Both the position numbers and the translations under genes were made by a program. This document shows, in pieces, positions 49,956-63,777 of a stretch of 64,000 nt of DNA (its first letter is position 1; every line of letters begins with the position of its first letter). The notes below the pieces were generated by a model. It did no database searches. It saw only the letters and a program-made list of their open reading frames with translations, and was not told the DNA's origin. The DNA comes from Heteronotia binoei (Eukaryota), in assembly GCF_032191835.1 (NCBI RefSeq), contig NC_083232.1:62496001-62560000 (forward strand). The letters run 5' to 3'.

Positions 49956-52900
49956 TCAGGGAATGACAAAAATTTTAGGAACACCCCCCCCCCAAAAAAA
50001 ATCTTGAATCAGTAACAATACTTCTGAAACACTCGATGCAATCACATGAGAGATTTAGCCCAGCCTAGCCATGCCTCCCCTTCAGATTTAATGTGCAAGA
50101 TCACATATGCGCATCTGCTTCCTGCCCATACGTACCTCATCTTTAGACAGGTTGGGACAAGATTAAAAAGCTACCAGGAACTTCCCAGTAGCAAGTATCT
50201 GAAGTGCATGAAGGGTACATTTACCAGTTGTCTGAGCAGCCAGGGCATGCAATGCATCCGCCCTACATACACAGGAGCAGTTTGAATGCTCCTCTTGTGC
50301 AGCCAGTGCTTCTCCTCACAGCAGGGCAAGGGCTGTGTGACTGCCATGGCATGTATCAAAGAGAACCAGGATACTGCCATGCCAAATTCCCAGTATTATC
50401 CCACCCACTGGGATAACTAAAATAGTGTCTACCAGAAATCTGGATCCAAAATTAAAAAGTTTTGAATCCACCCCTAACCAATACCCTATGTAACAGGAGT
50501 GCACAATATGCACAGTCAAAATGGTATGGGAAGAGGAGTATTTTCAATGTGCACACAGGCTCAATAGCATGAATGATGCTCCCGGGGGGGGGGGGGGACC
50601 AGTCCATTTGCATGTACCACATTTATATGCACATAGTCAAAATGCACATTGCTTCTTGTTCACACAGCATGATGACTATGTGAATTGTAGGTAGTGCACA
50701 TCCCCATTAAATGCAGTTGGTAGGCTCCTGATACATGTAATTGTAACATCTGGAAATGTAAAGGGGGTGAACTAAAATATGCTATCATCATGACACTGTG
50801 GTACTGAACACCACAGGAGATCAAGGAATAAATTAGCAAGGAAGTGCCACATTGACTGGCACCATGGGTCTCCGGCAATGTGGAGTCTCACAGCTTTTCA
50901 GCATTCTAACTTTCTTCAAAGCACATTTTTGCCTACAAGGCTTTTGTGATCCTCCCCCCTATAAAAACAGAAAATTTGCATTTAACATAGGCTAGGACAA
51001 CTAGGATCTAGCTGCCAATCATGCAAACAATTCCATCCACAGCATGCTTCTAGCATTTTTGAAATTACTGAATATGAAACACACCTTTTTGAACACATTT
51101 ATACCCCCCTGCTCTACTGCTAATTTCTCCACTTGTGCTTCATTTTGGCATGCATGATAAGACAGCACTTAGAGTGCTTTGATAATAAAACAGAAGCTAG
51201 GTATTGGGGGAGGGGGTCATTTAAAATATTGTTTTAGACTTTAAATCTTGCTTTAAAATTCAAAACTCAACAAGAAATACTACTTGCAACTTCAAGTTAT
51301 AATGAACATAGAAAGCTGCTCCCAACCCCAACAGCTTATAATCCAAGAAGCTGAAAAACAGCATGGAATTAATTATATAAAATATTGATTCTGTAACATC
51401 ACAAGTTAGGAAAGTACGCCTTAACATAGTGTTAACTGTGATACTTAATTTACCCCTAAATTAAAACTAATAAAAATATTCATAAGGAACATCAATTGCA
51501 ACAGCTTCCCATACTTAGCTTTCATATTCATGGCAAGAACAGCAAATGTAACAAAAATGTGTAAATATTTTCAAAAGTTTTTATAATGAATACATTGTTT
51601 TACATTATTATACTACTTCCTGCACACACACACATACACCCTTGGTGACCCTTGGCATTATTTTGAGAAGGTTTTTGAAATAATATGCTTTGCATACTGT
51701 GACTTAAGGACAAATACATTATTCATCTATAAGAATATATTTTTAAAAAAATTAAAAATGAGGATCATTTAACTCATTGTTAAATCATTTAACTCATTGT
51801 TAAATGAGTTCATATTTTGTAAGTGAAATCGTTTAGACTGCACATGTGTAACCAAGGTACCATCAAGTTACTATTTTTAGGTTTTTTAAAAACTTTGTTT
51901 CATTAACTAAGCTATTATTAAAATTAGTTATTGGTTTTTGTTATACATTTATTTCTATGGAAACAAAACATTTCTGTCTACATAGTTTTATCCAAATTCT
52001 TAGGTATTGTACTTTTTGCCCAACAGATGGTGAAACATACAGATTGCAAAGAGAATTTCACTGGCCACGTAAAGAGGGCACACAGAAGCATTTGGCAACC
52101 CAAGAAAGCAGGCACTACGGCACAGTGGGAACAAATAATATTAAAATAATAAACAGAATGTCATTGGGAAAGCACCACATTTATTAAAATCGTATGCTCT
52201 CTGGCCTAGGCAAGTAGGTATTCGGAGAATGCTGTGACATGGCTGTGTAAATTTTCTTCAACAGAATGCACTATTATTCACCAAAATGGGCAAGGGTTAG
52301 AAGATGTGAAACCCTGCCTCCCCCCCCACTCCCCACAATTGTCCTTATTTTTCTGTGTTTGGTACTTTTCCCCTAGCCTAGCTGTTATTCTTGAAGTTAC
52401 ACACAACTGAGAGGAAAATGCTGAGAGATGAGCAATATGAATAAAACATGACAAGGGGGACATCACCTGCAGACTTCATTATTATTTAATAATAACCCCA
52501 CCTCCCTTGCTTTAGATCCAAATGAGATACTGTAGTAAATGGACATTAGCATTAGAAATGCAAAAAAAATTGCTTTTCTCAAACTAGAGTGCAACCCCAG
52601 CAAGAGTGCTGTCTTTCAGCACAAAAAGAAGTGATAGCATTTGTCTTTATCTTCCCACCCAATCAGCAGCTCTGTCTCTATGCCACAGTGTAAAAGTAAC
52701 ACACTTATCCCAATATGTAGGAAGTTGGTTACCAGAGAATGTAACAGGAAAACAGTAGCATTGTTCATGTAGAAGCTAGAGAGCTAGGAACAAAACTATC
52801 TACTAGATACAAACTGGTGCCTATTCTCCTCCCCCCACCCCTCATTCAGATTTCTTATAAGACTAACAAATGGGTAATTTTTAGATCAGGTATTGGTTAG

Positions 52901-53178
52901 ATAATATCCAAATGCATACTCCTGGCATGTTTTAACCCTAACAATTTTTATTACTTTGCTGATGTAAACAATTTTTTAAAAACCATTATTTTCACATGCA
53001 TGGCTTTTGCTTTCTGCTAATTGTCTTGAGATTCCTCTCTCAGTTACTCCATGCCAGATATATGAGTGTATGTGTATGTGTGCATGCTGATTGTTTGCCT
53101 TGTTAAAATGGAAGCTAAGGAGATTGAAACAAATCCTTCCATAGGAAATGGAAAGCAACCCTTTAGTAAAGTACTTAC

Positions 53179-53321
53179 TGCATTGAAGTTGGGGAAGAGA
53201 TTTACAGCTGCCGCAGTATCCAGAGGAAATGGAAGAAAAGGTTTGATATCCAGCGATGGCTGCAAAGCTGGGGCTGGAGGACGTACCAGGGCTGGAAGAG
53301 CAGGACTCTGGCATGTACCTC
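53179..53321 (-). CDS. ZNF385D: Internal coding exon of zinc finger protein 385D (GGTCQSPALPALVRPPAPALQPSLDIKPFLPFPLDTAAAVNLFPNFNA)
   Basis: Near-identical to the recalled human ZNF385D N-terminal segment; pyrimidine tract plus ttcatatAG acceptor; GCA|GTAAGT donor; 143 nt, entering in phase 1 and leaving in phase 0. Confidence 0.93.
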
Positions 53322-53957
53322 CTATATGAAAAAAAGAAGTAACAACTGAAATCACACAGAACAAATTTTGAATCTGTATTAGTTCTTATTTTTAAAAAGT
53401 CTCTTATCTGCACTGGTCAGATACCAGATAATTAAGGTAGGATGCTTCTCAGCTGCTAGTCTTAAACTCATAATAGGCTGGCAGGGTCCCCTGCCCCTCA
53501 CACATAGACACCAGAATCTTCAGCTACTGTTATTTTAGTGGTACTCAAACCATGGGTCATACCTCCATATGGAGATATTAGATGCTTTAAGAATAGCCAA
53601 GAACTACTCTTTGATAACCTTCCCACACTTGTTGTATGATGCTTGGACTAGGACAAGGAATATGGCCTGTGCTGAAGTATAATCAGTCCAGCAATGAACG
53701 TAACAATGAGATTCTTGAGAACCTCTGCTGGGTGGACTTCTGAAATAAAGCAATGAAGTAGTTCCCCAGTTCTTCCCTGGATGTCTTCTTGCTTGGCTTT
53801 TTAAAATAATGTAGCAGAATTTCATTGCATTTCTTCTATCCCCAATTTCAGAATAAGATAGATGCAGTCTATACATGATTTATGGACTACTAACACACAT
53901 ACACACACACACACACATGCAAATTGGAATCCTAAGAGAGAAAAACAGTGTAGTGGA

Positions 53958-54050
53958 AGAACAATGTTGAGTGAACATAAGAGAAGCCATGTTGGATCAG
54001 CCCATTGACCCATCCAGTCCAACACACTATCACTCAGTGGTCAAAACCCA
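53958..54050 (-). mobile_element. CR1 3' end fragment
   Basis: gaacataagagaagccatgttggatcag...catccagtccaacac, as at 57421. Confidence 0.75.
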
Positions 54051-54304
54051 GGTGAGTGGAGAAGCAGTGGTCAAAAAAAAGGTTAAGTAATCCCAATACA
54101 CATCTCCAAATTGTTTAGAAATTTATTTCAGGGGGAAAATGGTCCCTAGGGTTCATTTAAAGTTTAAAGTTACATAAAAACTGGCATTGAAAAAATTGTG
54201 TTGAATCAAAGAAATCCTCCTCCCCAAATGTAAATTATTTTCAACAAGGCAAATTCCCGTATCATTGGCAAACTCTCTACTACTTAATAGCAAACAAGAA
54301 GCAA

Positions 54305-54510
54305 GGGAAGTGGTTCACCTTCTGGTTGGAAAGCAGAAGGTCCCAGGTTCAATCTCCTGCACCTTCAACTAAATAGGAAAAAAAACAGGTCACAGTTGAA
54401 GTGTAATACCTCTGCTTGAAACCCTGGAGACCTACTGTCAGTCTGATTATACAATACTGACTTTGATGGACCAAACAGTCTGATTCAGGATCAGATAGTT
54501 TTATGCATTC
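54305..54510 (+). mobile_element. Degenerate Squam2-like SINE
   Basis: Colinear with 35066-35284. Confidence 0.7.
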
Positions 54511-56396
54511 AAGCTTTTTTCAGTTACTTAATTTACTACGTGTAGGGTGCTTTTTTTTTTTTTTTAACAAAGTCCTAAAATTTATTTTGATCACTTTTAA
54601 ACATTATCAAATGAACTCCTCTGTTTATTCAAAGTAATCATAGAATTTTATAATTAACTTCAAAGGATTGATTTTAAAAGGAATACAATGCAATATAAGG
54701 CCAGCCTCTGAAATTCTGCCCAGAGCTGCCCTTCAGAAGAACTGACAAACCCTGGGGGCTGTTGTTGAAGGTTCAGGTGATCAGGAATTGTCTTGAAGTG
54801 CCGCAAGCACTTCTCTTGTGAATGCTGCTCCCGAGCAGTTCTCTGGGAACGTTATGCAAATGAAGCTTTTTCTTTGCATACTGATAAGCAGACACCTGCT
54901 TACCATGGCCCATAATTTCGCTCGTTGTTTGTTTCTTGCCACAGACCACCACATATTCTACTGGCTGAAAGCTGGGAGCATTCAAATCCTATGTCTGCTT
55001 TAAAAAGCTCCTGTAGTTTGGGTACACATCCAGAACATCAATTCACAGCTAATTAAGATTCTTTGAATCCTAGCAAATTCTTAAAATATTCCTGTATTCT
55101 TTTAATCTGACAGGCAGGCAACAGACTATAAAACGACTACTGGAATGTGTCCAAGAAATATTCCAAAAACAAAATGCAGTGGGAATTTTTCTAACTCCCT
55201 GCAATCTTACTATTCAAAGGATGTGTGAGGGTCAGAAATTGGATTACCTCTTATATTTATTTCTGCATTCGATCCAATTCTTATATAAATAAGTTGGAGT
55301 AATTCACTCAAAGTATGTCCAAGTGCAGCCAGAAAAGCTCTTAAGGAGAACTGCATTTTAATACTTCTAATTGAGGGCTTATAACACGATTGAGTTAACT
55401 AGCTATATCAAATTATCAGCTCTCCCACTTTTTCTAGGAAATCAGCTGATGACCCCAATTATATGACAACAGTTTATTTCTATCATTTCAATTTCCCTCT
55501 CAAGTGCCTGACAAAACTTTTTTTGTGTGCATGCAAAAGAAGCAGTGATATTATAAATCAAGGACATTAATTTATAGCTCATATTTACTTCACACTGTAC
55601 ATGGACTATCTTGGGATCTCTTCTGATTTACAGCAATTGTGAAAGTGAACATTGAATCTGACCTTTAGAAGAGAACTATTATGGGAGGAGAGACGATAAA
55701 AGAATAATACAAGAAGTCAGTGCTCATCTCAGGCTACCAGACAGTCATTTATCAGCTGCTTAAATATTGGCTAAATTGACCTGGGGGAGTCAGCAGCATT
55801 TAAGGCACTGCTGTGAGGAAACAAGACTGTTCTTTTGATCCAGGACTTCGGTGCAATAATTGCCCTGAACAGATTCAATAAGTATGCTCTGAGTGACTGT
55901 GGCAGAGGCCTGTGATAGAAGCTAGAGGCACAACCTGTGGGTTACGTGGAAGGTTTCCCAGATATCAAAGATAATGCAAGGACAGAATGTAACATTACTT
56001 CTTAAAGGCACTACTATCAAGAGTCAATCCTCATCTGACTGACCAATGAAGAACTTCGAAAGTCCCAGGCAGAAACAGCATGACACTGACAAATATAGAG
56101 GGTACCCAGATATATTTATTTCCAATTCCCCAAAATTAATTTGACTACTTTTCCCAGAAATGTTATCTTCCTATGCACAGAAGCCTTCAACTTCACATCA
56201 TAGATATGGATCCTGGGTCCTCATAGAAGCAGTGTTCACCAGATTAAATTAGCAGCCTCTGACTCCTTCCTCATCGATTTCAATATAGCATTATACTCAC
56301 CATCAGTTACACAAAGGAGACTTCTCTGAATAGAAACTTCAAAGTCAACAACTCAGTTGCATGGGTATTGGTTCTGCAAGCTTTGGCTAACGTAAT

Positions 56397-56480
56397 CTGC
56401 AATATAGTGAACATACTATATTGCAATATAGTGCAATATACTGCAATATAGTGAACATACTGCAATATAGTGAACATACT
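56397..56480. repeat. Short imperfect tandem repeat (unit about tgcaatatagtgaacatac)
   Basis: 3-4 copies visible. Confidence 0.8.
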
Positions 56481-56509
56481 AATCACTGAGAATTTTTGGA
56501 TGCACTTGA

Positions 56510-56680
56510 CAGACCGCTGGTTTTTATGTCCTATGTTTTATTAATTTATTGTTTTAACTGTTATTATGTAATTGTTTTTAAGCCAAACCTATGTAAGTTT
56601 TATGTGTTGTGAGCCGCCCTGAGCCACCTCAGTGGGAAGGGCGGGATATAAATCAAAATATAAATAAATAAATAAATAAA
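56510..56680 (+). mobile_element. L2-type 3' UTR fragment with (TAAA)n tail
   Basis: ttgtgagccgccctgagcc...gggcgggatataaat followed by taaa repeats. Confidence 0.75.
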
Positions 56681-57417
56681 ATACCCTTTCCTCTGGCTAA
56701 ACTGTCCTGAAAATTCTGGTGTTGAATATGAAAGCCTTCCATTGTCAGTGACACAAATTCATTTTCAACCTGTATCTTCTATCCTGAAAAATGTGTCCCA
56801 TGGATCTTTACTCCAGCAGCACCAAGCATAACCACACTTTAAGCTGCCTGAAAACATCACAGTGGGAGATTCTTCAATATTCTTGCCCTTTGTGAAAATT
56901 ATAGTTCACAACCAGCTAAAATTCAAAAATTCCATCAACTGGAAAATGAGATGAGAGCCTATTTACTGTGGCTGTTTCCTCCATTAAAAACCTAACACAA
57001 TGTAAATGTTCAAAGTCTTAAAAGACCATTTAAGCAAGGAATTTCCAACTCTCAAATTGTATTATGATGCAGCCCAAATTGCAAATCTGACTTTAATGCT
57101 CAATCCCAAAACTGATTTTGATTGGAAATACATAGAACAGTCCTATATTTCCCCCAAAGTCCTTGCTGAGGTTATCTGGAATAGACCCAAGGAGAGACCA
57201 TCTTCCATAACTGACAACAGATTCTTAACTATCACTTTAAATCTTTGGGATTCCTGGAGGTCTAAACTTACCCCATCAGTTTCATCTCTCGCCACCTTTT
57301 GGAACAAGCATGGTTTGAACCTGGGCAATGGCCAGCCTTTTCACAAATTTTTAAAGAATCACATCTTACTTGCTTAATAGACATAACATCAGATGGTACT
57401 GTAAGTAAAAAGACCTA

Positions 57418-57494
57418 CATAAGAACATAAGAGAAGCCATGTTGTATCGGGCCAATGGCCCATCCAGTCCAACACTCTGTGTCACACTGTGGCC

Positions 57495-57525
<31 letters not shown>

Positions 57526-58762
57526 TGTGGCAAATAGCCACTGATAGACCTCTGCTCCATATTTTTATCTAACCCCCTCTTGAAGCTAGCTATGCTTGTA
57601 GCCGCCACCACCTCCTGTGGCAGTGAAGTCCACATGTTAATCACCCTTTGGGTGAAGTACTTCCTTCTATCCGTTTTAACCTGACTGCTCAGCAATTTCA
57701 TCAAATGCTCACGAGTTCTCGTATTGTGAGAAAGGGAGAAAAGGACTTCTTTCTCTACTTTCTCCATCCCATGCATAATCTTGTAAACCTCTATCATGTC
57801 ACCCCGCAGTCAATGTTTCTCCAAGCTAAAGAGCCCCAAGCGTTTTAACCTTTATTCTTAGGGATAGTGTTCCAACCCTTTAATCTAGTTGCCCTTTTCT
57901 GGACTTTTTCCAATGCTATAATAACCTTTTTGAGGTGCGGTGACCAGAATTGTACACAGTATTTTAAATGAGACCGCACCATCGATTTATACAGGGGCAT
58001 TATGATACTGGCTGATTTGTTTTCAATTCCCTTCCTAATAATTCCCAGCATGGCGTTGGCCTTTTTTATTGCAATCGCACACTGTCTTGACATTTTCAGT
58101 GAGTTATCTACCACGACCCCAAGATCTCTCTCTTGGTCAGTCTCTGCCAGTTCACACCCCATCAACTTGTATTTGTAGCTGGGATTCTTGGCCCCGATGT
58201 GCATTACTTTGCACTTGGCCACATTGAACCTCATCTGCGACGTTGATGCCCACTCACCCAGCCTCAACAGATTCCTTTGGAGTGCCTCACAAACCTTTCT
58301 GGTTCTCACCACCCTGAACAATTTAGTGTCATCTGCAAACCTGGCCACTTCACTGCTTACTCCCAACTCCAAATCATTTATGAACAAGTCAAAGAGCATG
58401 GGACCCAGTACTGAACCCTGCGGCACCCCACTGCTTACCGTCCTCCACTGTGAAGACTGCCCATTTATACTCACTCTCTGCTTCCTATTAATTAGCCAGT
58501 TTTTGATCCACAAGAGGACCTGTCCTTTTACTCCACGACTCTTGAGCTTACTAAAGAGCCTTTGATGAGGAACTTTATCAAAAGCTTTCTGGAAGTCAAG
58601 GTGAACAACATCTATTGGGTCTCCTTTATCCACATGTTTGTTCACCCCCTCAGATAAATGTAACAGGTTAGTGAGGCAAGATCTTCCCTTACACAACCCA
58701 TGCTGAGTCTTCCTTAATAACTCATGTTCATCAATGTACCTACTCATTCTGTCCTTGATAAT
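57418..58762 (-). mobile_element. CR1 LINE, 3' part (RT and 3' UTR)
   Basis: ORFs 57845..58774 (IIKDRM...GVPQGSVLGP...FADDTKL) and 57366..57797; same family as 23410-26439. Confidence 0.93.
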
Positions 58763-58792
58763 GAGTAGGCACATTGATGAACACGAGTTATT

Positions 58793-61700
58793 GCACCTCT
58801 TCTGGTAGCTGGATCCACCAGTGGGGTGCTGTAATTAAGAAGGCTCGCTCCCTTGTCGCTTTTAGTTTGAACTCCTTTGGCCCAGGGATTTTCAGCAGAT
58901 TTTGTGAGCTAGATCTCAGTACTCTATGGCGAACATATGGGGAGAGATGGTCCCTAAGGTAGGCAGGTCCTCGGCCATATAGGGCTTTAAAGGTAATAAC
59001 CAGCACCTTGTAACAAACTTGGTACAAAATTGGCAGCCAGTGCAGGCCCGTAGCCTAGGCTGTATATGTTCCCACCTAGGAAGTCCTATTAACAGCCTGG
59101 CTGCCGCGTTCTGCACTAGCTGCAGTTTCCGGGTTTTGCACAGGGGCAGCCCCATGTAGAGGGCATTACAGTAGTCTAACCTTGAGGTGACCATTGCATG
59201 GATCACTGTTGCCAGATCATCACGCTCCAGGAAGGGAGCCAACTGCCTCGCCCACCTAAGATGAAAAAAGGTGGATTTAGCAGTGGCTGCTATCTGGGCT
59301 TCCATTGTCAGAGAAGACTCCAGTAGCACCCCCAGGCTCTTGACCCTGCACACTGCTTTCAGTGGCGCACCATCAAATGCTGGTAGGGGAATTTCCTCTC
59401 TCAGACTGCCACAGCCCAGGCAAAGGACCTCTGTTTTCACTGGATTCAACTTCAACCCACTCAGCTTAAGCCAACCTGCCACAGCTTGCAATGCCAGGTC
59501 CAGATTTTCAGGGACATCGTCAGTCCGGCAGTCCATCAATAGAGAGAACTGGGTGTCATCAGCGTACTGGTGGCAACCCAGCCCATATCTCCGGGCAATC
59601 TGGGCAAGGGGGCGCATGTAGATGTTAAACAACATCGGGGAGAGGACCGCCCCCTGAGGCACCCCACAATTAAGTAGGTGTCTCTGGGATAGTTCCCCCC
59701 CAAATGCCACCCTTTGTCCCCGACCATCAAGGAAAGAGGAAAGCCATTGCAAGGCCAGCCCCTGAATCCTTGCATCGGCGAGGCGGCAGGTCAGTAACAG
59801 GTGGTCGACCGCATCGAACGCAGCCGATAGGTCTAACAACAACAGTACCGCCGAACCAGCTCGATCCAGATGCCGCTGGAGATCATCCATGAGTGCAACA
59901 AGCATTGTCTCCGTTTCATGGCCCGGCGGAAGCCAGACTGATATGGATCTAGGATGGAAGCGTCATCCAGAAAACTTTGCAACTGCAACACCACTGCCCT
60001 CTCAATAATTTTGCCCCAGAAGGGCAAATTTGAGACTGGCCGGTAATGCGCCAATTCGGTCGGATCTGATGTAACCTTTTTCAGTAGGGAGCGGACCACA
60101 GTCTCTTTATGAGGTGTTGGAAAAAGGCCCTCCGAGAGGGATCTATTTATGATGTCCCATATAGGACATCTTAGCTCCCTCTGGCAAGCTTTAATTAGCC
60201 AGGAAAGGCATGGGTCCAGATCACAGGTTGTTGGACGTACAGTAGAGAGAATTCTGTTGACTTCCTCCAAGCTGAGTGTGCTGAAGTGATCCAGGGTCAA
60301 ACCAGAAGACAGGCACGGGGCCTCGAGTTCACATACTGTATCCAATGTGGCGGGGAAATCATGGCGGAGCGACATGACCTTGTCTGCAAAAAATTTCGCA
60401 AAAGCCTCACAGCCTATCTCTAATTCCTTAACATTTGGCCTGCCTTGTGGCAGTGTTGTAAGATTCCGAATTGTCCTAAACAATTGTGCCAGGTGTGAAT
60501 TTGCAGACGCAATCTTAGCCACAAAGTACATTTTCTTTGTGGCTTTGACTGCCATCTCATAGGACATCATAAACCCTCTATAAGATGTATTAGTCGCTTC
60601 ATCCCAAGTACGCCGCCATTGCCTCTCTAGCTGTCTGAGTCCTCGTTTCAGCTGGCACAACTCCAGTGTGTACCATGGGGCCAGCTTAACGCGGGGTCGC
60701 AGAGGCCGTTGAGGCGCGATCTCATTGATGGCTCTGGAGAGCCGGCCATGCCAGGTATCAACCAGATCATCGAGAGAATTGCCAGAGGGCCAGGGATCCT
60801 GTAGAGCCATTTGGAACCACTCTGAGTCCATTTGACTCCGCAGGCAAGCCATAATAAGGGTTTGGAGTGGAGCATCCACACGAGCCTTGAGGGCAAAGTG
60901 GTCCGACCATGGCACCACTTCTGCAGTTATATCGTCCACCATAACCTCGGCTGCAAAGATCAAGTCTAACATGTGCCCCGCCTGGTGAGTGGGGGATGTA
61001 ACAAACTTAGAGGGTCCTAGTGTCGCCATGGATGACACTAGGTCCATCGCCTGACTAGAGGTCGCGTCATCAGCATGGACATTAAAGTCACCCAGGATCA
61101 CTCCAATGCCCAGCCTGTTACAGCCTCGATCAGGGATGGTAAGGCGTTGGCTGGTGCGCTAGGTGGATGGTACACCAGCCAAATCACCAACACCTCTCCA
61201 ACCTCCCATGCCAGACCGGCACATTCAATACCATCGATCTCTGGGGCCAGGAGAGCCCTAAAGGAGTAAGCCTCTCATATGAATAGGGCCATTCCTCCCT
61301 CCCGCCTGCTAGTCCGTGACTGGTGAAAGACTGAGTTACCCAGGGGAGCCGTTTGTGAGAGAGCCACTGTGTCCCCCTCCCGTACCCAGGTCTCAGTCAC
61401 GCAAGTTAGGTCCATGTCCTGCTCGAGTAAAAACTCGGAGGACTGAGGTCTTATTATTTATGGACCTGGCATTGCATAACACCAATGATGGAGGCAAGTC
61501 ATTAAACCTGGCCCCTCTACCTGTCAGCCTCGGGATGGGATGCAGACTGGAAGGCGGTCAAGCACTGTCTGGTCTCGGTCTCCTTCCCTTATATCTTTGT
61601 CTGTTCCCACCATCATACCTCCCCTTCCCCAGGAGCACTGGAATCCCTAGGCCAGTCATCTCCCACTGATCTCTACTTCTGTCGTAGCCACTACAGACGC

Positions 61701-62833
61701 ACAACTCACACCCCACACTTGATTAACTCCCCAATCCACTCCGTCCTACCAGCTGCCAATTCTAAAGTTAATCAATCAAGATAAACCCTACCCACAATCT
61801 TCCTTTTAAATTAATTGGTTAAAATACTTAATTTAATTCTAATGGCTAATTATTAATTATAAACCCCACCCTAACAATAACCACCCTTAATTAATCTGCC
61901 AAAAAAAATATATTTATCTGAAACCAATCAATCCAACTAAATCTCTATAAGTTAATTAACAAAACCCATAAGCAACTAAATTATAAACTGGCAGTTCATA
62001 AGTGGCTGGAGTGGCAGTTTGTAAGTCACAGAATAAAGTGCTGTTGTGCATCTATGACGTAGATGTAAAGTTCTCCTCGGGTTGCAGTTTGTGTAAGAGC
62101 AGGGTCCCCAGTTTCTCAGGTGTAGTTGTGGGATAAAGTGCAGGATTAACTGCAGCAGTCGTACAGCAGGATGTTGAGCGAAATATAGGACGATATATCG
62201 ATATATCGAGCAAGTGAGCAAAGGCCTGAGCCCAGCAGTCCCCCCGCGCAGCCTGGCAGGCCCGGGGGGGTGGAGACCTCCCCCCTCGTGTCCCCCGCCA
62301 CATAGCAAGGCTCCAAAGCTCCGTTGGTGAAGTCGTCCGGCACTTAGGACGGCCGTTGTAGACCTCTGCTCCACCTATGTACTCGTCAACGCCCAGGGCG
62401 GTTGCTTCAAGTCTCCTCACCCAAGCCAGAGGCACCACAGCCGCCAATCACCCCCACCAGCGCTCCACTCCCGGCGCCTGACCGCGTCAGCGCCCTGTTC
62501 GTTGCACAGGTCCCCTGACTCCACTCGGCTTCACCTGGCTCCGTCCGACTCCACTCGCTGCCAGGCCCCTGTCCAGTCACACCCACACTCCAGACCACAG
62601 CCTCAGCAGCCCTCCATGTCTGCGCCAGGCCCACTCACCAAAAACGGTAGGGTAAAGCTTGAACTTAACTGATGCTCTGTGGGACCCTCTGATGTTAAGC
62701 TTTTGCTCTTCCCATGGTAAAACATAAGTTTTCAGTTTCAGTTTTACCGTTTACCATTTGAAGCAGCTAAACAGACAGAAGGAAGCCTAGGTTTCAAGAG
62801 CTCTAGCACCCGAGCTCCTGCCTCATCGCCATT
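58793..62833 (-). mobile_element. L2-clade LINE retaining its 5' region but lacking its 3' end, inserted into a CR1; ORF2 decayed
   Basis: APE motifs (LVLCNARSINNK; ILGDFNVHADD) and RT (GVPQGAVLSP, YADDTQ) in ORFs 59833..61101, 58916..59905 and 58788..59027; AT-rich spacer ~61750-61980; GC-rich upstream region; abuts CR1 at ~62834. Confidence 0.85.
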
Positions 62834-63777
62834 TCAATGAAAGATTACATATTTTTGTCAGGAGATTCACAAGTTCAACTTTGAGTTCTTTCAGAACTCT
62901 TGGATGTATGCCATCCAGACCTGGTGATTTATTAGATTTTAATTCGTCTATCAGTTGTAGGACCTCCTCTCTTGTCACCTCAATCTGACTCAGGTCTTTC
63001 AACACCCCTTCCAAAATAAGTGGTTCTGGAGCGGGCAAACACTTCTCATCTTCCACAGTGAAGATGAAGGCAAAAAATGCATTCAGCTTCTCAGCCATTT
63101 CCCTATCCTCCTTCAGTAATCCTTTGACCCCTTGGTCATCCAAGGGCCCCACTGCCTCCCTGGCTGGTTCCCTGCTTCTAATATATTTGAAGAAATTTTT
63201 ATTGTTGGTCTTTATGTTTTTTGCAATATGCTCCTCATAGTCCCTTTTTGCCTGCCTGATCACAGTCTTGCATTTGATTTGCCACAGCCTGTGTTCCCTT
63301 TTATTAATCTCACTTAGACTAGCTTTCCACTGCTTAAAGGAGTCCTTCTTACCTTTTACAGCTTCCATTACTTTGTTCATTAACCATGCAGGCCTTTTCT
63401 TATACCTGTTTGTGCCTTTCCTAACTTGTGGTATATATTTTATCTGAGCTTCTAGGATTGTAGTTTTAAATAGCCTCCAAGCTTCCCCAAGGGTTTTGAC
63501 TGTATTTACCTTTCCTTTCAGTTTCCTCTTCACATGCCTCCTCATCTCAGAGAATTTACCCCTTTTAAAGTTAAACGTGGCTGTGCTGGTCTTTGGGGGC
63601 AACTCCCTATTTATACAAATGGTGATATCAATAACGTTATGGTCACTGCTCTCAAGCAGTGCGATCACTCTCACCAAGTCTTGGGCATTACTTAGGACCA
63701 AATCCAGGATCTCCCCACTCATGGTAGGTTCTGTGACCATCTGCTCCATAGCACAGTCATTGAGAGCATCTAGAAAC
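62834..63777 (-). mobile_element. CR1 LINE, upstream part (same element as 57418-58762, split by the L2)
   Basis: ORF 62823..63779 FLDALNDCAMEQMVTEPT...GIHPRVLKELKVELVNLLTKICNLS; stops about 45 codons before the point where the 57418-58762 part resumes. Confidence 0.9.

Noticed and set aside
53066-53329. Plus-strand 87-aa ORF and minus-strand 145-aa ORF (52976..53413)
   Set aside because: Shadow frames of the ZNF385D exon.
56397-56480. CRISPR-like array
   Set aside because: Eukaryotic context; adjacent repeat units with no unique spacers.
57006-57377. 123-aa plus-strand ORF as a gene
   Set aside because: No recognisable homology or splice context; possibly an old LINE remnant, which I could not confirm.
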